Part shown: positions 1-12,714 of the stretch, in pieces
How positions within the stretch are numbered: position 1 is the first letter of the stretch
Layout: the number at the start of each line of letters is the position of its first letter
Assembly: GCA_035221665.1 (NCBI GenBank)
Contig: CM069136.1
Coordinates: forward strand, 103,602,001-103,666,000
Direction of reading: 5' to 3'
DNA: 64,000 nucleotides
DNA from: Okamejei kenojei
Lineage: Eukaryota
The notes under the pieces: model-generated
What the model saw: only the letters and a program-made list of their open reading frames with translations
Told to the model about the DNA's origin: nothing
The model's database searches: none
Made by a program: the position numbers and the translations under genes

Positions 1-129
1 TAGATAGGAACGGTTTAGAGGGATAAGACCAAACATGACCAATGGAACTGGTTTAGATGGGGCATCTTGGTCGGCATGGGCAAGTTAGGCTGAAGGGCCT
101 GTTCCTCTGCTATGTGACTCCATGACTGT
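1..129 (+). mobile_element. CR1-type LINE 3' end (truncated by window start)
   Basis: tagatggggcatcttggtcggcatgggcaagttaggctgaagggcctg...ctatgtgactccatgact resembles the other CR1/V-SINE tails in the window. Confidence 0.75.
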
Positions 130-221
130 AATTCTAATTGCAACAGAGACTATTTGATATCTGATTAATCTTTTAGTCAAGTTGCTTCTAAGCTCCATAT
201 CCAGCGGTTTTGGAAATAACA

Positions 222-1515
222 TAATACCAGCATTTATTTCAAAAGAGTTTGTATACAAAAACAGGGATGTTAATGTTGAGGCTCTGTAAGGCACTGGTAA
301 GGCAGCATTTGGAATATTATGGGCAATTTATTAGCCAAGTATGTTTTGCAACATACGAGGAATTTCATTTGCCTAGTCAGTCATACAATAAAAAGCAACG
401 GAACATATATAACTAATTTCAACATAAACATCCGCCACAGTGACTCCTCCACATTCCCCACTGTGATGGAATGCGAAAAAAAGTTCAGTCTATTCCCTGT
501 GCTCTCCTGCAGTCGGGGGCCTCGAGTATTCCGTTGTCGGCACGATCTCGACTCCCTTAGCCGACAGCATTTTGGCCCTCCAAATCAGGGCGATCAGCTC
601 CTGCTTCAGGGGATGTCAGCTCCCCCGCGCCGGCAATCGAACCTCGCGTTGGGGCTGGTCGAACCTTCCACGATGTTCGAACTTCCCGACTCAGCCTCTC
701 CTGCGACTGCGAGCCCCCGTTGTACAGGCTGTGGTTGGAGCGATCCCAGGCAAGGGATCTACTCTGATGTTAAGTGGGGCCCAGGGTCAGTCCGAGGAGG
801 CCTCCAGCTCCATCGATGTTAGGCCGCAGAGCTACCGGAGACACGATCCGAAAAGTAATCTGAAAAGTAATCTTCGGAAAGGTAAGAACTGGAAAAAAAA
901 ATTCCCACCCCCTCCACCCACATAAAACAAACCGGAGAACAATTACGCGAATATTTAACACACACCAAAAAAAATTTAATAAACAAAAAAACAGACTGAC
1001 TGTTGGCGGGGCTGCCAATCGAGCGGCTCTGGAGAGGGTCCAGAGGAGGTTTACAAAAATGATCCTGGGAATTAGGTTAACCTGTGATGAGCGTTTGTCG
1101 GCACTGGGCCTGTACTTGCTGGAGTTTAGAAGAATGAGGGGGGACCTAATTGAAACATACAGAATAGTGAAAGGCTTGGATAGATGTGGAGAGGAAGTTT
1201 CCACCAGTGGGAGAGTCTAGGACTAGAGGTCATAGCCCTGGAATTAAAGGACATACTTTTAGGACGGGGATGAGGAGAAATGTCTTTAGTCATAGGGTAG
1301 TGAATCTGTGGAATTCTTTGCTACAGAAGGCTATGGTGGCCAAGTCAGTAGATATTTTTAAGGTAGAGATAGATAGATTCTTGATTAGTACAGGTGTCAG
1401 AAGTTATGGGAAAGCAAGAGAATGGGGTTAGGAGGGAGAGATAGATCAGCCATTATTGAATGGTAGAATAGACTAGATGGGCCAAATGGCCAAATTCTAC
1501 TCCTATTCCTTATAA
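222..1515 (+). mobile_element. CR1 LINE 3' fragment, split by an insertion at about 330-1026
   Basis: AFISxxFxYKxRDV/LxKALVRxHLEY-like piece at 225-328. It resumes at about 1027 with LERVQRRFT...LEFRRMRGDLIETY...FSHRVVNLWNSL and a 3' UTR. Confidence 0.85.
328..1026 (-). mobile_element. About 700-bp CpG-rich non-autonomous retroelement with a Rex1/Babar-like tail, nested in CR1
   Basis: Cleanly interrupts the CR1. The minus strand ends ...aaattcctcgtatgttgcaaaacatacttggctaataaa. Family assignment is tentative. Confidence 0.55.
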
Positions 1516-1537
1516 CCATTGTGTTCATGAAAAAATC

Positions 1538-1675
1538 TTCTTATTCTTTCGTGTGGCGTGCACAGCCTAAAGTTGTTGGACAACTTGTTCTATTTGATCT
1601 TCCGTTTGTGCACCTCGAGTTGATGGCATTAGCTGAAACAGGGCGGACCACGTGAAGGTTGCAATCTTCCACCCC
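1538..1675 (-). mobile_element. Short retroposon with an AAG-rich tail and a 12-bp TSD
   Basis: Flanked by catgaaaaaatc (1526-1537) and catgaaataatc (1675-1686). The minus strand ends ...gtgcacgccacacgaaagaataagaag. Confidence 0.65.
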
Positions 1676-2142
1676 ATGAAATAATCCACATTATTTTACT
1701 TCCCTGATGATGATTCGCCAACTTGCTAGACTCTTGAAAGTTGATTGTCAGTTCCAGGATACTCCAGACTTACCCTATAATATTAGCAACTCTGTGCTTA
1801 CATTGTCAGAGCACTTATTGTTCTCTCGTGCTTATAATGTGCAGCTCTTTCTTTTTCTGTCTGCCAAAAAAAATTACATGTCACCTTTTGGAAGCCGGCA
1901 GAATTATTCACTATTAAATTTGATCTTTAAAAGATAAACATGAAATCCTTGTGTCCCTGGGTCACAAAACTGGATGTCTGCAAAGTACTAGTCCACTAGT
2001 TGATGATAGTGCGAGTGTTAATACTATGCTGCTAATATAGGCAAACCACATCTGGAGACCATATCAGCAATGTTGTATACAATATTGGCGTCCTTATTTA
2101 AGGCGGGATGTACATGTATTTGAAGCAGCCAAGACTAAAACC

Positions 2143-2382
2143 TGTGTAGGAAGGAACTGCAGATCCTGTTTTACTCCAAACATAGACATAAAATGCTGGA
2201 GTAACTCAGCGGGTGAGGCAGCATCTCTGGAGAAAAGAAATAGGTGACGTTTCGGGTTGAGACCCTTCATGAGACTCTTATTGAGGCCTGAAGAATGGTC
2301 TCAACCCAAAACATCACCTTTTTCTTTTCTCCAAACATGCTGCCTGACCCGCTGAGTTACTCCAGTATATGTGACCATTCAT
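2143..2382. mobile_element. Penelope-like terminal fragment in inverted arrangement
   Basis: ctggagtaactcagcggg... is inverted against ...cccgctgagttactccag. Degenerate hammerhead-like cores in both arms. Perfect 10-bp TSD gactaaaacc (2133-2142, 2383-2392). Confidence 0.75.
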
Positions 2383-3064
2383 GACTAAAACCGCAAAGTA
2401 ACGGTTTGTCTTTTGAGGAAATGTTGGCAGGTTACACTTGTAGGCAGATACTACACCATTGGTATGTATTTCTAGGAATGAGCGAACTAATTAAATTCAT
2501 GGTAAAATGTGTCATTGTAGTATTATATATGCAGCAATGTCTTACTGACTGTGTGGTTGTGCTGAGAACCTACTGCCAACATTGAACATGGTACCACAGA
2601 GAATTTCCTGGGCTGGTGGGAGTCAAGCATCTAAACGAAGAGAACAATTTCCATCCAAGTGCTACAGGGGGCGATGAGAGAGGCTGTAGGATTTGGTTGA
2701 CGTGTCAATATAAGGAGTAGATACCACCAGCCTTCAGCAGGGCCCTGCACTCACAATGACACCCAGGTTGCAGCTCTGTGCCCTATATCTTACCACTGAG
2801 TGAGTGTTCCATGCACCACAACCTGCCCAATATCAGTCGGCGCAGGGTGCCTCTCCTCACTAAGCCATGGGTGATTTGTTTCTAAGATTCCTGAAGAGTA
2901 GTGCACATTGTGCGGCCTGAGCAATTGTCTTTCTTAATGTGCAAGGGGTTACGTAACGCTGAGTAATTCAGAATGGATGCTCAAGAACGTTACAAAGCGG
3001 TCTCATCGGATGGGGCCCCTGGTACATTGGCTGCAGTTTGGAAGATTAGGAGACCACTTGATTG

Positions 3065-3578
3065 TGACTGAGGCAGTGCAGCGTAGGTTCACGAGATTGA
3101 CCCCTGGAATGGCGGGACTGTCATATGAGGAAAGATTGAAAAGACTAGGCTTGTATTCACTGGAGTTTAAAAGGATGAGGGGGATCTTATAGAAACATAT
3201 AAAATTATAAAAGGACTGCACAAGCTAGATGCAGGAAAAATGTTCCCAATGTTGGGCGAGTCCAGAACCAGGGGCTACAGTCTTAGAATAAAGGGGAGGT
3301 CATTTAAGACTGAGGTGAGAACAAACATTTTCACCCAGAGAGTTGTGAATTTGTGGAATTCCCTGCCACCGAGGGCAGTGGAGGCCAAGTCACTGGATGG
3401 ATTTAAGAGAGAGTTAGATAGAGCTCTAGGGGCTAGTGGAGTCAAGGAATATGGGGAGAAGGCAGGCACGGGTTATTGTTAGCGGACGATCAGCCATGAT
3501 CACAATGAATGGCTCTGTGGCTCGAGGGGCCGAATGGCCTCCTCCTGCACCTATTTTCTATGTTTCTATGTTTCTATG
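3065..3578 (+). mobile_element. Young 5'-truncated CR1 LINE
   Basis: EAVQRRFTRLTPGMAGLSYEERLKRLGLYSLEF...FTQRVVNLWNSLP, with a (TTTCTATG)n tail. Inserted into an older CR1 with a short (tg)attg duplication. Confidence 0.9.
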
Positions 3579-3930
3579 ATTGAAACAGTTAAGATCCAGA
3601 GACGTTTTGAATGGGTGTATTTTCTTGTGGTAGAATCCAAACTAGGAATCACTAATTAAAAATAAGGGGATACCTGTATAATATTTAATTGAGGTTAAAT
3701 ATTTTCTCAGATAGGGAAATGAGTCTTGGGAATTCTCTTCCTCAATGGTTGCTGAAAGCTCAGTTGTTGATTACTTTGATGGCAGAGGTAGGTAGATATG
3801 TGATAAGGGTGAAAGGTTATTGGGGGTAGACAGGAATGTAGAATTAAAGTAACAATCAGAACAGCTATAATCGCAACTGATGTTGGAGCAGATGAGTACC
3901 CAATTGCCTTACTACTACAGATAATTTCTA
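3579..3930 (+). mobile_element. Old degenerate CR1 3' region (host of the 3065-3578 copy)
   Basis: Degenerate LIET...WNSLP...EVDR-like segments and 3' UTR. The upstream part lies at about 3020-3064. Confidence 0.6.
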
Positions 3931-5398
3931 TATTAGCATTCTCAACATATTATAATTTTTAAATTCCTTTAATTGTTAAACATTATTCTCAGCCAAAGTT
4001 CTGCACGAGGCTCATTCCATGCAAACTCAAACTTGAAATACTCATTGCCATTTGTTGAGCAAGATGATTTTATTTATATGTAGGGTTTGGTTCAATGTTT
4101 CTTAAGCACCAGTTATTTTGTGCATTTTGCCTAATTTCATACTTTTACTCCTGAGTAAATTTTATTTTCAAATATTTTTGTTGCCTTTTGATTTTAAACT
4201 ATAAAACTAGATGGTATTGAGAGTTCTTAGCTAGGTGAAGCATAAAAGTTCATAAGGCATAATTGAGATGAGGGATTGTAATATGTTGCAGATCTTCAAA
4301 AAAGTAACCAATTTGCAGGAGCGTTTTTGAACAAAATTAAACACCACACAAGGAGATACCATGGTAGGTGGAGAACGTAGTAACATTTTAATGAGAAAAG
4401 AGAACTAAAAAGGTGGAAGGGTTCACTAAGGGGTGTAACAGAGCCTTTGATTTTTGTAACTGAAAGATTAGTGGTCAATGCTGAAGCAAATAAATGTGGG
4501 GAAGAGCCTCAAGAAACTGTAAATGGAGACATCCATAGGTTGCAGAGCTGGTGTTAAATACCAAGCCAGGAAGGAATGAGGCAATGGAGGAATCTGAAAT
4601 CAAGGATGATTTAAAATTAACTTACAGCTTCGTTGGGAGGCAACGGAAGTCAACAAGAATAGGAAATGTGCCTGTTACTATAGCAAGGACTTAACAAGTT
4701 AAACTTACTGGAACATTTCAGAGGTAGGACATTTTTCTTGCCTCTTCATATGGCGAAGTGGAGATACCTCCACATAGACTCAGAAATTCTATTTGAATTA
4801 TGAAACCCAGCCTTCATGATACATCGCCCTTCCTATCAACTTAGCAGGCATAGGCCACATCGTACAATCTGCTGCGCACACGCTTAACAAATAAGTGGCA
4901 GCTACTATATTAGCAAGGGACAAATTCTTTGTCACATTTCCTGCACAATCAAGGCATTGGCTAGGTTTCCTTAATGATTAAGTCACATATGGAAGCCATG
5001 TGGACATTGAAGCATTTGGATGTGAAATCCATGGTTTTAATGAGCAGAAAAGATTTACAGTTAACAACCTTCAGATGAAATCAGACTATATAAACATAGT
5101 TATACACATCCAAGGCCATTAACCAGCAGCAATCCATGATGTAATTATTATGCAATGAAAGTAAATTGGAAGAAATGGTTTGAAGAACATGTTGACTCAA
5201 AGGAAGCAACAGGATTTAGGAAGAGTTGGACAAAATCTAAAAAAGGGTGGAACACCATCAGACAAAAGGTAGTATGTACATAATTATTACACATTCAAAA
5301 TTGTCAATTCAAATATGACCGGTATGGATTGGCATTAGTCCATCTGCAAGGGATGATGGTGAGGCTTTGACGTTCTCCTGCCTGGAGAGGGGAATGTT

Positions 5399-5769
5399 AC
5401 ATAGAAACATAGAAACATAGAAATTAGGTGCAGGAGTAGGCCATTCAGCCCTTCGAGTCTGCACCGCCATTCAATATGATCATGGCTGATCATCCAACTC
5501 AGTATCCCGTACCTGCCTTCTCTCCATACCCTCTGATCCCCTTAGCCACAAGGGCCACATCCAACTCACTCTTAAATATAGCCAATGAACTGGCCTCAAC
5601 TACCCTCTGTGGCAGAGAGTTCCAGAGACTCACCACTCTCTGTGTGAAAAAAGTCTTTCTCATCTCGGTCTTAAAGGATTTCCCCCTTATCCTTAAGCTG
5701 TGACCCCTTGTCCTGGACTTCCCCAACATCGGGAACAATATTCCTGCATCTAGCCTGTCCAACCCCTTA
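5399..5769 (-). mobile_element. Young 5'-truncated CR1 LINE
   Basis: ORF 5499-5762(-) LDRLDAG...FFTQRVVSLWNSLPQRVVEA. (CATAGAAA)n tail on the + strand. ttacat is repeated at both ends. Confidence 0.92.
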
Positions 5770-6319
5770 CATCTGTGGTTGCATTTTGTGCTGTGGCTGA
5801 TGAGGCCTATCCTTGACAGTCTCCCACAGCTTCAAATAATTAACAATGAGGATAAAGATGGTTGCTGGTAAAACTTATCATAGTCATTGCAAACAACAAT
5901 AAATCCATTGGAAGCAAGCAAATGCTTATTTAATATAGATTTAGCATTGGTATCAATTATAATCTGAGCAAAGGTGATTGAGTGTTTTCCACAGAGCACT
6001 CCATTGAGTTTCACACCCATGTTATTGCGTTGTCCGAATCTCTGTGCCTGTCATGCTGTTGCAACCAAGATTTTCATTATATCTGTAGCTCACCATATGT
6101 GAGCTTATGACAATAAACTCAACTTGACATGACTTGGTTCTGGAGATGCTGCGATGCTGGTTGGCTGAACATTGGTTTTGTCCAGCCCAGAAATGTTTCT
6201 TTTTAAATCTGTTTTTGATGTATCAGACAAAAGCAATGAAATCCACAATAAAGGAACTAGAGGGTGGCTAATACGAGATAATTGGATGTTAAAAGCTTGA
6301 CAACTACAGTGATTTGGCC

Positions 6320-7410
6320 ATTTGGATTTAGTGTTGACTTAGTCACAGAGGATAGAAGGTGTGGTGGAAGGGTGTAAACTGGCTGGAGGTCCATGAACGT
6401 CCACAGGGATATCAATTAGGACATCTGTTGCTTGTGATATATATATATATATATATATATGCACGAGGGATCTTGGGATCCAAATTCAGAGCTCCCTGAA
6501 AGTGGCAACACAATTAGATATATTGGTAGAGAAGGTGTGTGGTGTGCTTGCCATCCTTAATTGGAGCACAGGGTATCAGAGTCAAGAAGTCATTTTTCAA
6601 CTTTAAAGGACTTTGGTTAGGCTCCATTTGGAGTAGTATTGGTAGATCTGGGCTTTTCCGGGAAGGCTTTGGAGAGCATGCAGTAGAGGTTTACCAGAAT
6701 GCTGCCTGGATTAGTGAGAGAGGTTGAAACATTTTTGGTTGTCTTCCCTAGAATGCCAGAAGTTGAGGGAAGACCTGATAGAGGTATATACAATAATGCC
6801 CCTGTCCCACTTAGGAAGCCTGAACGGAAACCTCAGGAGACTTTGCATCCCACCCAAGGTTTCCGTGCAGTTCCCGGAGGTTCCCGGAGGTTTTTGTCCT
6901 CCGGCAACTACTTTCAACCAGCAGTGCAACCAGCTTCAAATAAAAAAATTACCGATTTTTAATTGGAAACCACTTTCGACCATTAGGGAGATAGACAAAA
7001 ACCTCTGGGAACCTCCGGGAACCACACAGAAACCTTGGTGGGGCGCAAAGTCTCCAGAGGTTTCCGTTCAGGTGGGGGACAAGGGGCATTATGTGACGCA
7101 TAGATAGGATAGATAGTCAGAATCTTTTCCCAGGTGGAAATGCCAAGAGGGCATAGGTTTGTGAGAGGATAAAGTTTAGAGATGTGTTGGGCAAGTTTCT
7201 TACACTGAGAATGGTGGATGCCTGGAACATGATGCCTAGGTTGGTGGCGGGGGCAGATACATAAACAGGAATTGAGGTTTTTATATAAGCTCACGGATAT
7301 GCTGAGAATGGAAGAATATGGATCACATGCATGTTGAGGTGATTAATTTAACCTGGCATCATTATTTACCGTGGACATTGAGAATCCAAGGGCCTGTTCC
7401 TGTGCTATTT
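6320..7410 (+). mobile_element. Older CR1 LINE RT/3' fragment interrupted by an (AT)n tract and a MITE
   Basis: Degenerate RT C-terminal motifs (RFTRMLPG, LREDLIEVY, FTLRMVDAWN) and tail caagggcctgttcctgtgct. Confidence 0.75.
6797..7088. mobile_element. PIF/Harbinger-like MITE
   Basis: Termini tgcccctgtcccactt / ggtgggggacaaggggca, about 100-bp imperfect inverted arms, flanked by TAA (6794-6796) and TTA (7089-7091). Removing it restores the CR1 sequence gaggtatatacaa-tta-tg. Confidence 0.8.
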
Positions 7411-10076
7411 TATATTTTAGTTAAGGGAATTAAAAGATAGTGTAGGGAAATGGCTCTGAGGTAAAAGGTTTTACTGAATCCTTGCCAATGACCAACGACC
7501 TAAATGTAGTGACCTTTCTTTTTGAAACTATTTGTGAACATTGTACATTGTTCTATGTGCTTTCATACTAACACAGTTGCGATGGACCAAGGCAATAGAC
7601 AAAAATAGCGAAGCAAGTAAATTTACTGTATTTATCCTATAGAGGTCGCTTTTATCTCATTATTCAGACAACTCGCATTGAGGAAATCAGCGAGCGGTTC
7701 GCAAAACTATGTCGAACCTTTCATAAGCTTACACCGTTTAATCCATGTGTTCGTTTAAAAAATCTGCGAGCACACGGATTTATGTGTAAAATAATATTTA
7801 ACAAAAGGCAAAAAGGAAGCGCTGGGAGTATCTTTCGTTATTTGGAACATTGTGTCAGGATATCCAAATGCCACATGGAATTATAAATTAAGCCCAAAAG
7901 TATTTTCATTAACAGAATGTTTAAAATGCAGCCAGAATAATGCGCAATCCCCACGATAAAACTCACATTTTCGACTTTCAAGAACTGACCACAACCTCTC
8001 TGAACTTTTCAAACATTACGCGTGCTAGTAATGGAAACGGGTGTTCGGTAACCAGAAAGAGTAATGTGGAGATGCTAAGAGGTAATTTCAAATTCTGCAG
8101 AGCTCGGTTTAGTATGATTAATTCCTTTGAAAGGTCGCCTTTTAGCCAGACAATAAAATGAAAACAAAATCGATATTCGCCCTCATGTTTGTTTACTGTT
8201 TTAATGCATTTGATATCGGCTGCAAATATTCCACTTCCATTGTTGCGAGCATACTTTGGAGGTTCAATGAGGCAACAAGAGAAAAAAAAAACGAACCGAT
8301 GCCTATGCGAGTCTGTGGGTACATATTTATTACATTTCAACCATTAAAGGTTTGCAATGATCACGCACAGTTGTCCCTGTAATTACACCCTGTGCCTCAA
8401 TGTGCAAGGAGCGAGTCGGCGCTAAATTGATCTTTCATCTGATGTACGGCTGGATAATTCAGATATCCACCCCCCTGGTCTTTAGAGCGCGATCTGTCGG
8501 AAGGTGTTCCAAAGTAAAGTTATTTTGAATTAGATGTTGGAGCGACAGCAATGCTTCCGGACGACAGTGGTTACTAGTCTTCGAATGGCCTTAGGGGGTC
8601 CACTGCAGCCGTTATCAGCTGTTCCGGGTGATCGAACTAAATTGACACGTCTTTATCCTTGAAAGTGTCAACACTAAAGCTCAAAATGCGCATCAACGTT
8701 AGCAAAAAAAAAAATGTAAAGAAAAAACAGATACCCAGAAACAAGTTTTTCTATGCAAATCTCCTTTGCACATTGCCTGTAATAAGTAAGTCAGGGTCCA
8801 AGAAACGAGATAATTGGCTTTGAAACTGACGAGGAAAGTGCCTGGAAATCGATCAACTGTCAGTGAAGAAATGAAGAAAATTGTCATCTGAGCAACCTGT
8901 TCATAACTGACATGGATCATATCTGAACTGGAAGCTAAAGAACCCGCACGTTGTAATTACAAAGAGCATCACGTTAAGATAGTCCATGTAAACTGCGTTT
9001 CGTTTAATTTCTCACTGCCTCTTTTGATGATCGAGCTGAGGGACTAGTATTTGCCATGATTTATCAGCGCGCACGCTGATCAAACTGATACGAGGTTTTC
9101 AGATCCTTCGGGGGAGATGTCGAAAATCAACGGGCCTGTGCACAAAACGTAGCTTCTTATTTGCTTGCCTGCTAATCCGCCACAGGGCTGGCGACGAGAA
9201 ACTGCCACGTTCTTTCGTTCGAGTTGTCTCCTAAAGAGTCAGATTAGTTTGTTGTGGTATCCGTGATTCCTGTTGGCATGAAGTTATAGGGCCAAATGGC
9301 TTGTTGCTGTGCTGTTCCTCCGCTCTAGATTCGCCGAGTACATACATGTAGCAATGATAAACACAGCAATAAATACACCAACCAGTGCAAAGCAGCAGAA
9401 CGGTGCTCTTGCAATAGTTTTTAAGTACTCTTAACGTATCTAATGGCTATAGGTCCAACTCTTTACTCCAGCACTTGGTGTTTTACTCAAGATTCCAGCA
9501 CTAGCTCCTTGTGCTTTCGTGGATATGTGATTGTAGTTTGCATCGCCTATTGTAGATTATTGATCCATTTGGTTATTCCAATCCACGCAAATAAAATATA
9601 TGCATTAATGTGGTGATTGATTAATAAGTGTTTCATACTCAAATAGCACATGGAATCAAAAAACAATCTAAATGTGCACTTACATTCCCCTTTTTTTTAT
9701 TTTCGAGGTTGTATGAATAAATTAACGGTCGAAGTTATTTATTGATAGGGTTTTTTTTTTGTAGATTTTGAAAGTGATATGAGTTGTTTCGATAGAAAAA
9801 TGTCCCTCAGCGGCTGAGATGCTGGACACAATTGAATCTCTATCAGGAGGTGTTTGTTACCTACACAGCCACGTGAGAACTCAAGTTTGTCGGACAGTTC
9901 GCTGTTTATAGGGAACCAATAGTTCACACAGTGTATCCCGTTGTTTTTTTTTTCACTCTCAGACAACCACCACCACCAGTGTGAGGTGACACATCCCGTG
10001 TTCCCATCGCTATTAAAATGCTGAATTCACGTTCACGTCTATAGTACCGGGAAACCACAAATACTTGTAAACAATG

Positions 10077-10120
10077 GTGAGTGAGTGAGTGAGTGAGTGA
10101 GTGAATGAGCGTGAGAGAGA
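10077..10120. repeat. (GAGT)n microsatellite
   Basis: gtgagtgagtgagtgagtgagtgagtga, seen directly. Confidence 0.9.
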
Positions 10121-10852
10121 AAGACAACGACGGCTGCACAAAGTAGCCACCTTTGGATGAAAGAGATGAATGACTAAATGTATGGGCTGATAATTAAAAG
10201 AAAATCTGCACCTTTCTAGTTCAAAAGGTGATTTAAAGTCTTAGATTTTCACTTTTCCTTTGCTCCCTGAACTGTTTTCTTCACGCTCCATTCTACAACA
10301 ATCTTTCACCAGAAACAGCTCCACATTTTAAGACAAGATAGTGATTGTGGTGTGTGTCGAAAATAAAATATTGTAATAGTTATTGGATGCTGGCTGCTGT
10401 GAGCGGTTAATGTCAGCAATTTTCGTTTTTTCTTTCCCTAGCACATTGTGAAATATTGCTTGTTTGTCAAATCAACGTCGGCCTTAATCAACATTTCTGC
10501 GGTCAAGTCGTTTTTTTTTTCTCTCTCCCTTCCACATGAATTCAAATGCGAGTTCTTGAAGTGGTTTGGCTTCAATTAAAAGCAAATACAATTACCATTG
10601 GGTCGTGCCTGGAATATCAGTCCGACACTTGCATCTATTAATCATGAGCTTCTTCTGGTCACCATTTAAATGAACTTCATATTTGACTGTCAGCTGCTTT
10701 GGGAATTATTCCATGTTTATTCACAGATTCTGATCTTGCATGTGCAAGCCTCTGCAAAATGACAAACACTTTTAGGGGGAAAATATAAGTAACGGGACAC
10801 GCTCTCCGTACACCGAATCTTTCGAATTTGCATCGAGAAAGACTAAAATACC

Positions 10853-10859
10853 GCGTGTT

Positions 10860-10893
<34 letters not shown>

Positions 10894-10905
10894 TGGGTGT
10901 GTGTG
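10853..10905. repeat. (GT)n(GA)n compound microsatellite
   Basis: Seen directly. Confidence 0.9.
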
Positions 10906-11547
10906 CTCGGCGACCTGTTGAAAAATAAAACTAACGGGGAACTTTGCGCCCAGATGCACGCCAACCGTTCTGTCCGATTCTGGGAGATTTCTATTTGTTT
11001 ATGAATATAAATGAGTCCCTCATCAATTAACCAGTAGTGAATAACTCAGCGGTTTGTTCAAATGTTCCCTCACCAATCCCCTCCCTCCCATCCCATCTTC
11101 ACCCCCCCCCCCCCCCCTCCCCAAAAAGAAGGTTTGCGTCGAGTTAGCGATCTTGACAATACCTCGTTGAGACTATAAACTGTGACAAGAGCTTGGCACG
11201 TAACAAAAGGACAATTTGAAGACCTCGTCTCGGAGCCGCTGAATTTTAAATGATCTTATTGATTTATTTCGCATCACAATCTGTCGCTTCTGCACTTAAA
11301 GAGCAGCAATTCTCTATTTTGAAAAATAATTGCGGTCTCTCTTTCTAAATTAAAACGGGGGAGGGGTGAATATATGTCATTTTAACTGCACGTTGAATTC
11401 TATGCGATTGTTTTACAGAAGCTTTTTGCAATTATTCCCAACGCAGTTTTTGAGTCTCAGCTGTCCGCTGGGAATGAAAAAAATGCCAAGGGAATGAAAA
11501 GAAGCGTGTTTCCCCCAATACCCACCATCCGCCTCCCTCCCACCCAC

Positions 11548-12268
11548 CCACACACACACACATACACACACACGCATCAATAATGCTGCCACTCAAAAAT
11601 ATTTTTCATATATACATTAGAAACTTTACTCTTGTCTCGCGTCAATAATCTCCCACTCCCCGTCACCCGCCCAACTTTTTTTTTTAAATCCACGGACGAT
11701 GGTTTAGAGCCAGTTTACTTGTTCATTCGTGCGCTGGTCTCGTACAGAATGGCTACATTTAATCCTGTCGTGTTGATACGGCGCGGTGCCTAGTTTGTGT
11801 ACAAAATCAACGCACTAGTTATAGATCTTGTGCCGTTGTTTGCTTGGTATGCGTGTGTGTGTTTGTGTGTTTCTGTGTGTGTGTGTGTGTGTGTGTTAAT
11901 TGTGACAAAATCCCTCGGCTAAGGTTTATTGTTTACCCGACGGTCGCTGAAAAGGCTGACCTGTTCGTTCTGCCCCGCTGTGTTTTAATAACTTTGGTAT
12001 TTCTTCATGCTTTTCATATAAAATGACAGGCTTCAAAGCCGAGAGGGACTAGAGGGAGCGGGGGTCCTGCATGCATCTCTCTCCTGGGTGGGAAAGCAGA
12101 TTATACCAACAATGTAAGATTCGTCTTAATAGTTACTGTTGTTCTGTGTCCCCTCTTTCTTTAACCTCACGTGTTTAGTACAGGAACTGAGAGAAGACCG
12201 ATTGATGCGCCCCCGGTGTAGAAGCGATTGTGGCTTGGATCACTCTTACTCATAAGTAAATTGATACT

Positions 12269-12300
<32 letters not shown>

Positions 12301-12504
12301 ACAAACCCCACTGACGGCGGAGATAGTACAGGGTGTAGGCGGCCCATCGTGTGTATAGTCGCAAAGTTGATCCATTGATGCCTTCAGATCTTTGGCGATG
12401 AAATAGTGAACGCATTGATTTCAGTGCAATAATCCGGTTTGATTTATTCAGGTGGAGGGCTGGACGGCGTGTGTGTGTGTGTTGGGGGGGGGGGGGGGGG
12501 GGGG
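11548..12504. repeat. Cluster of (CA)n/(GT)n tracts and a poly-G run
   Basis: (CA)n at about 11548-11575 and 12277-12302. (GT)n at about 11848-11896 and 12468-12482. G run at 12484-12504. Confidence 0.85.
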
Positions 12505-12649
12505 AGAGGGTGAAGAGGTCTGTTTTGTATTTTGAAGGGGTGTGTGGAGAGGTTGCGGATTCGGTGAAAATTTTTGGATATGTTGCTCCGTGATTAATAC
12601 TCTGCTGAAACAATGACGGCTGCGTGAATCACAGATGTCGGACAGTTGT

Positions 12650-12714
12650 TCTCTCCCTCTCTCTCTCTCTCTCTCTCCCTCTCTTTCTCTCTCTCTACAT
12701 ATATATATATATAT
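12650..12714. repeat. (CT)n followed by (AT)n
   Basis: Seen directly. Confidence 0.9.
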
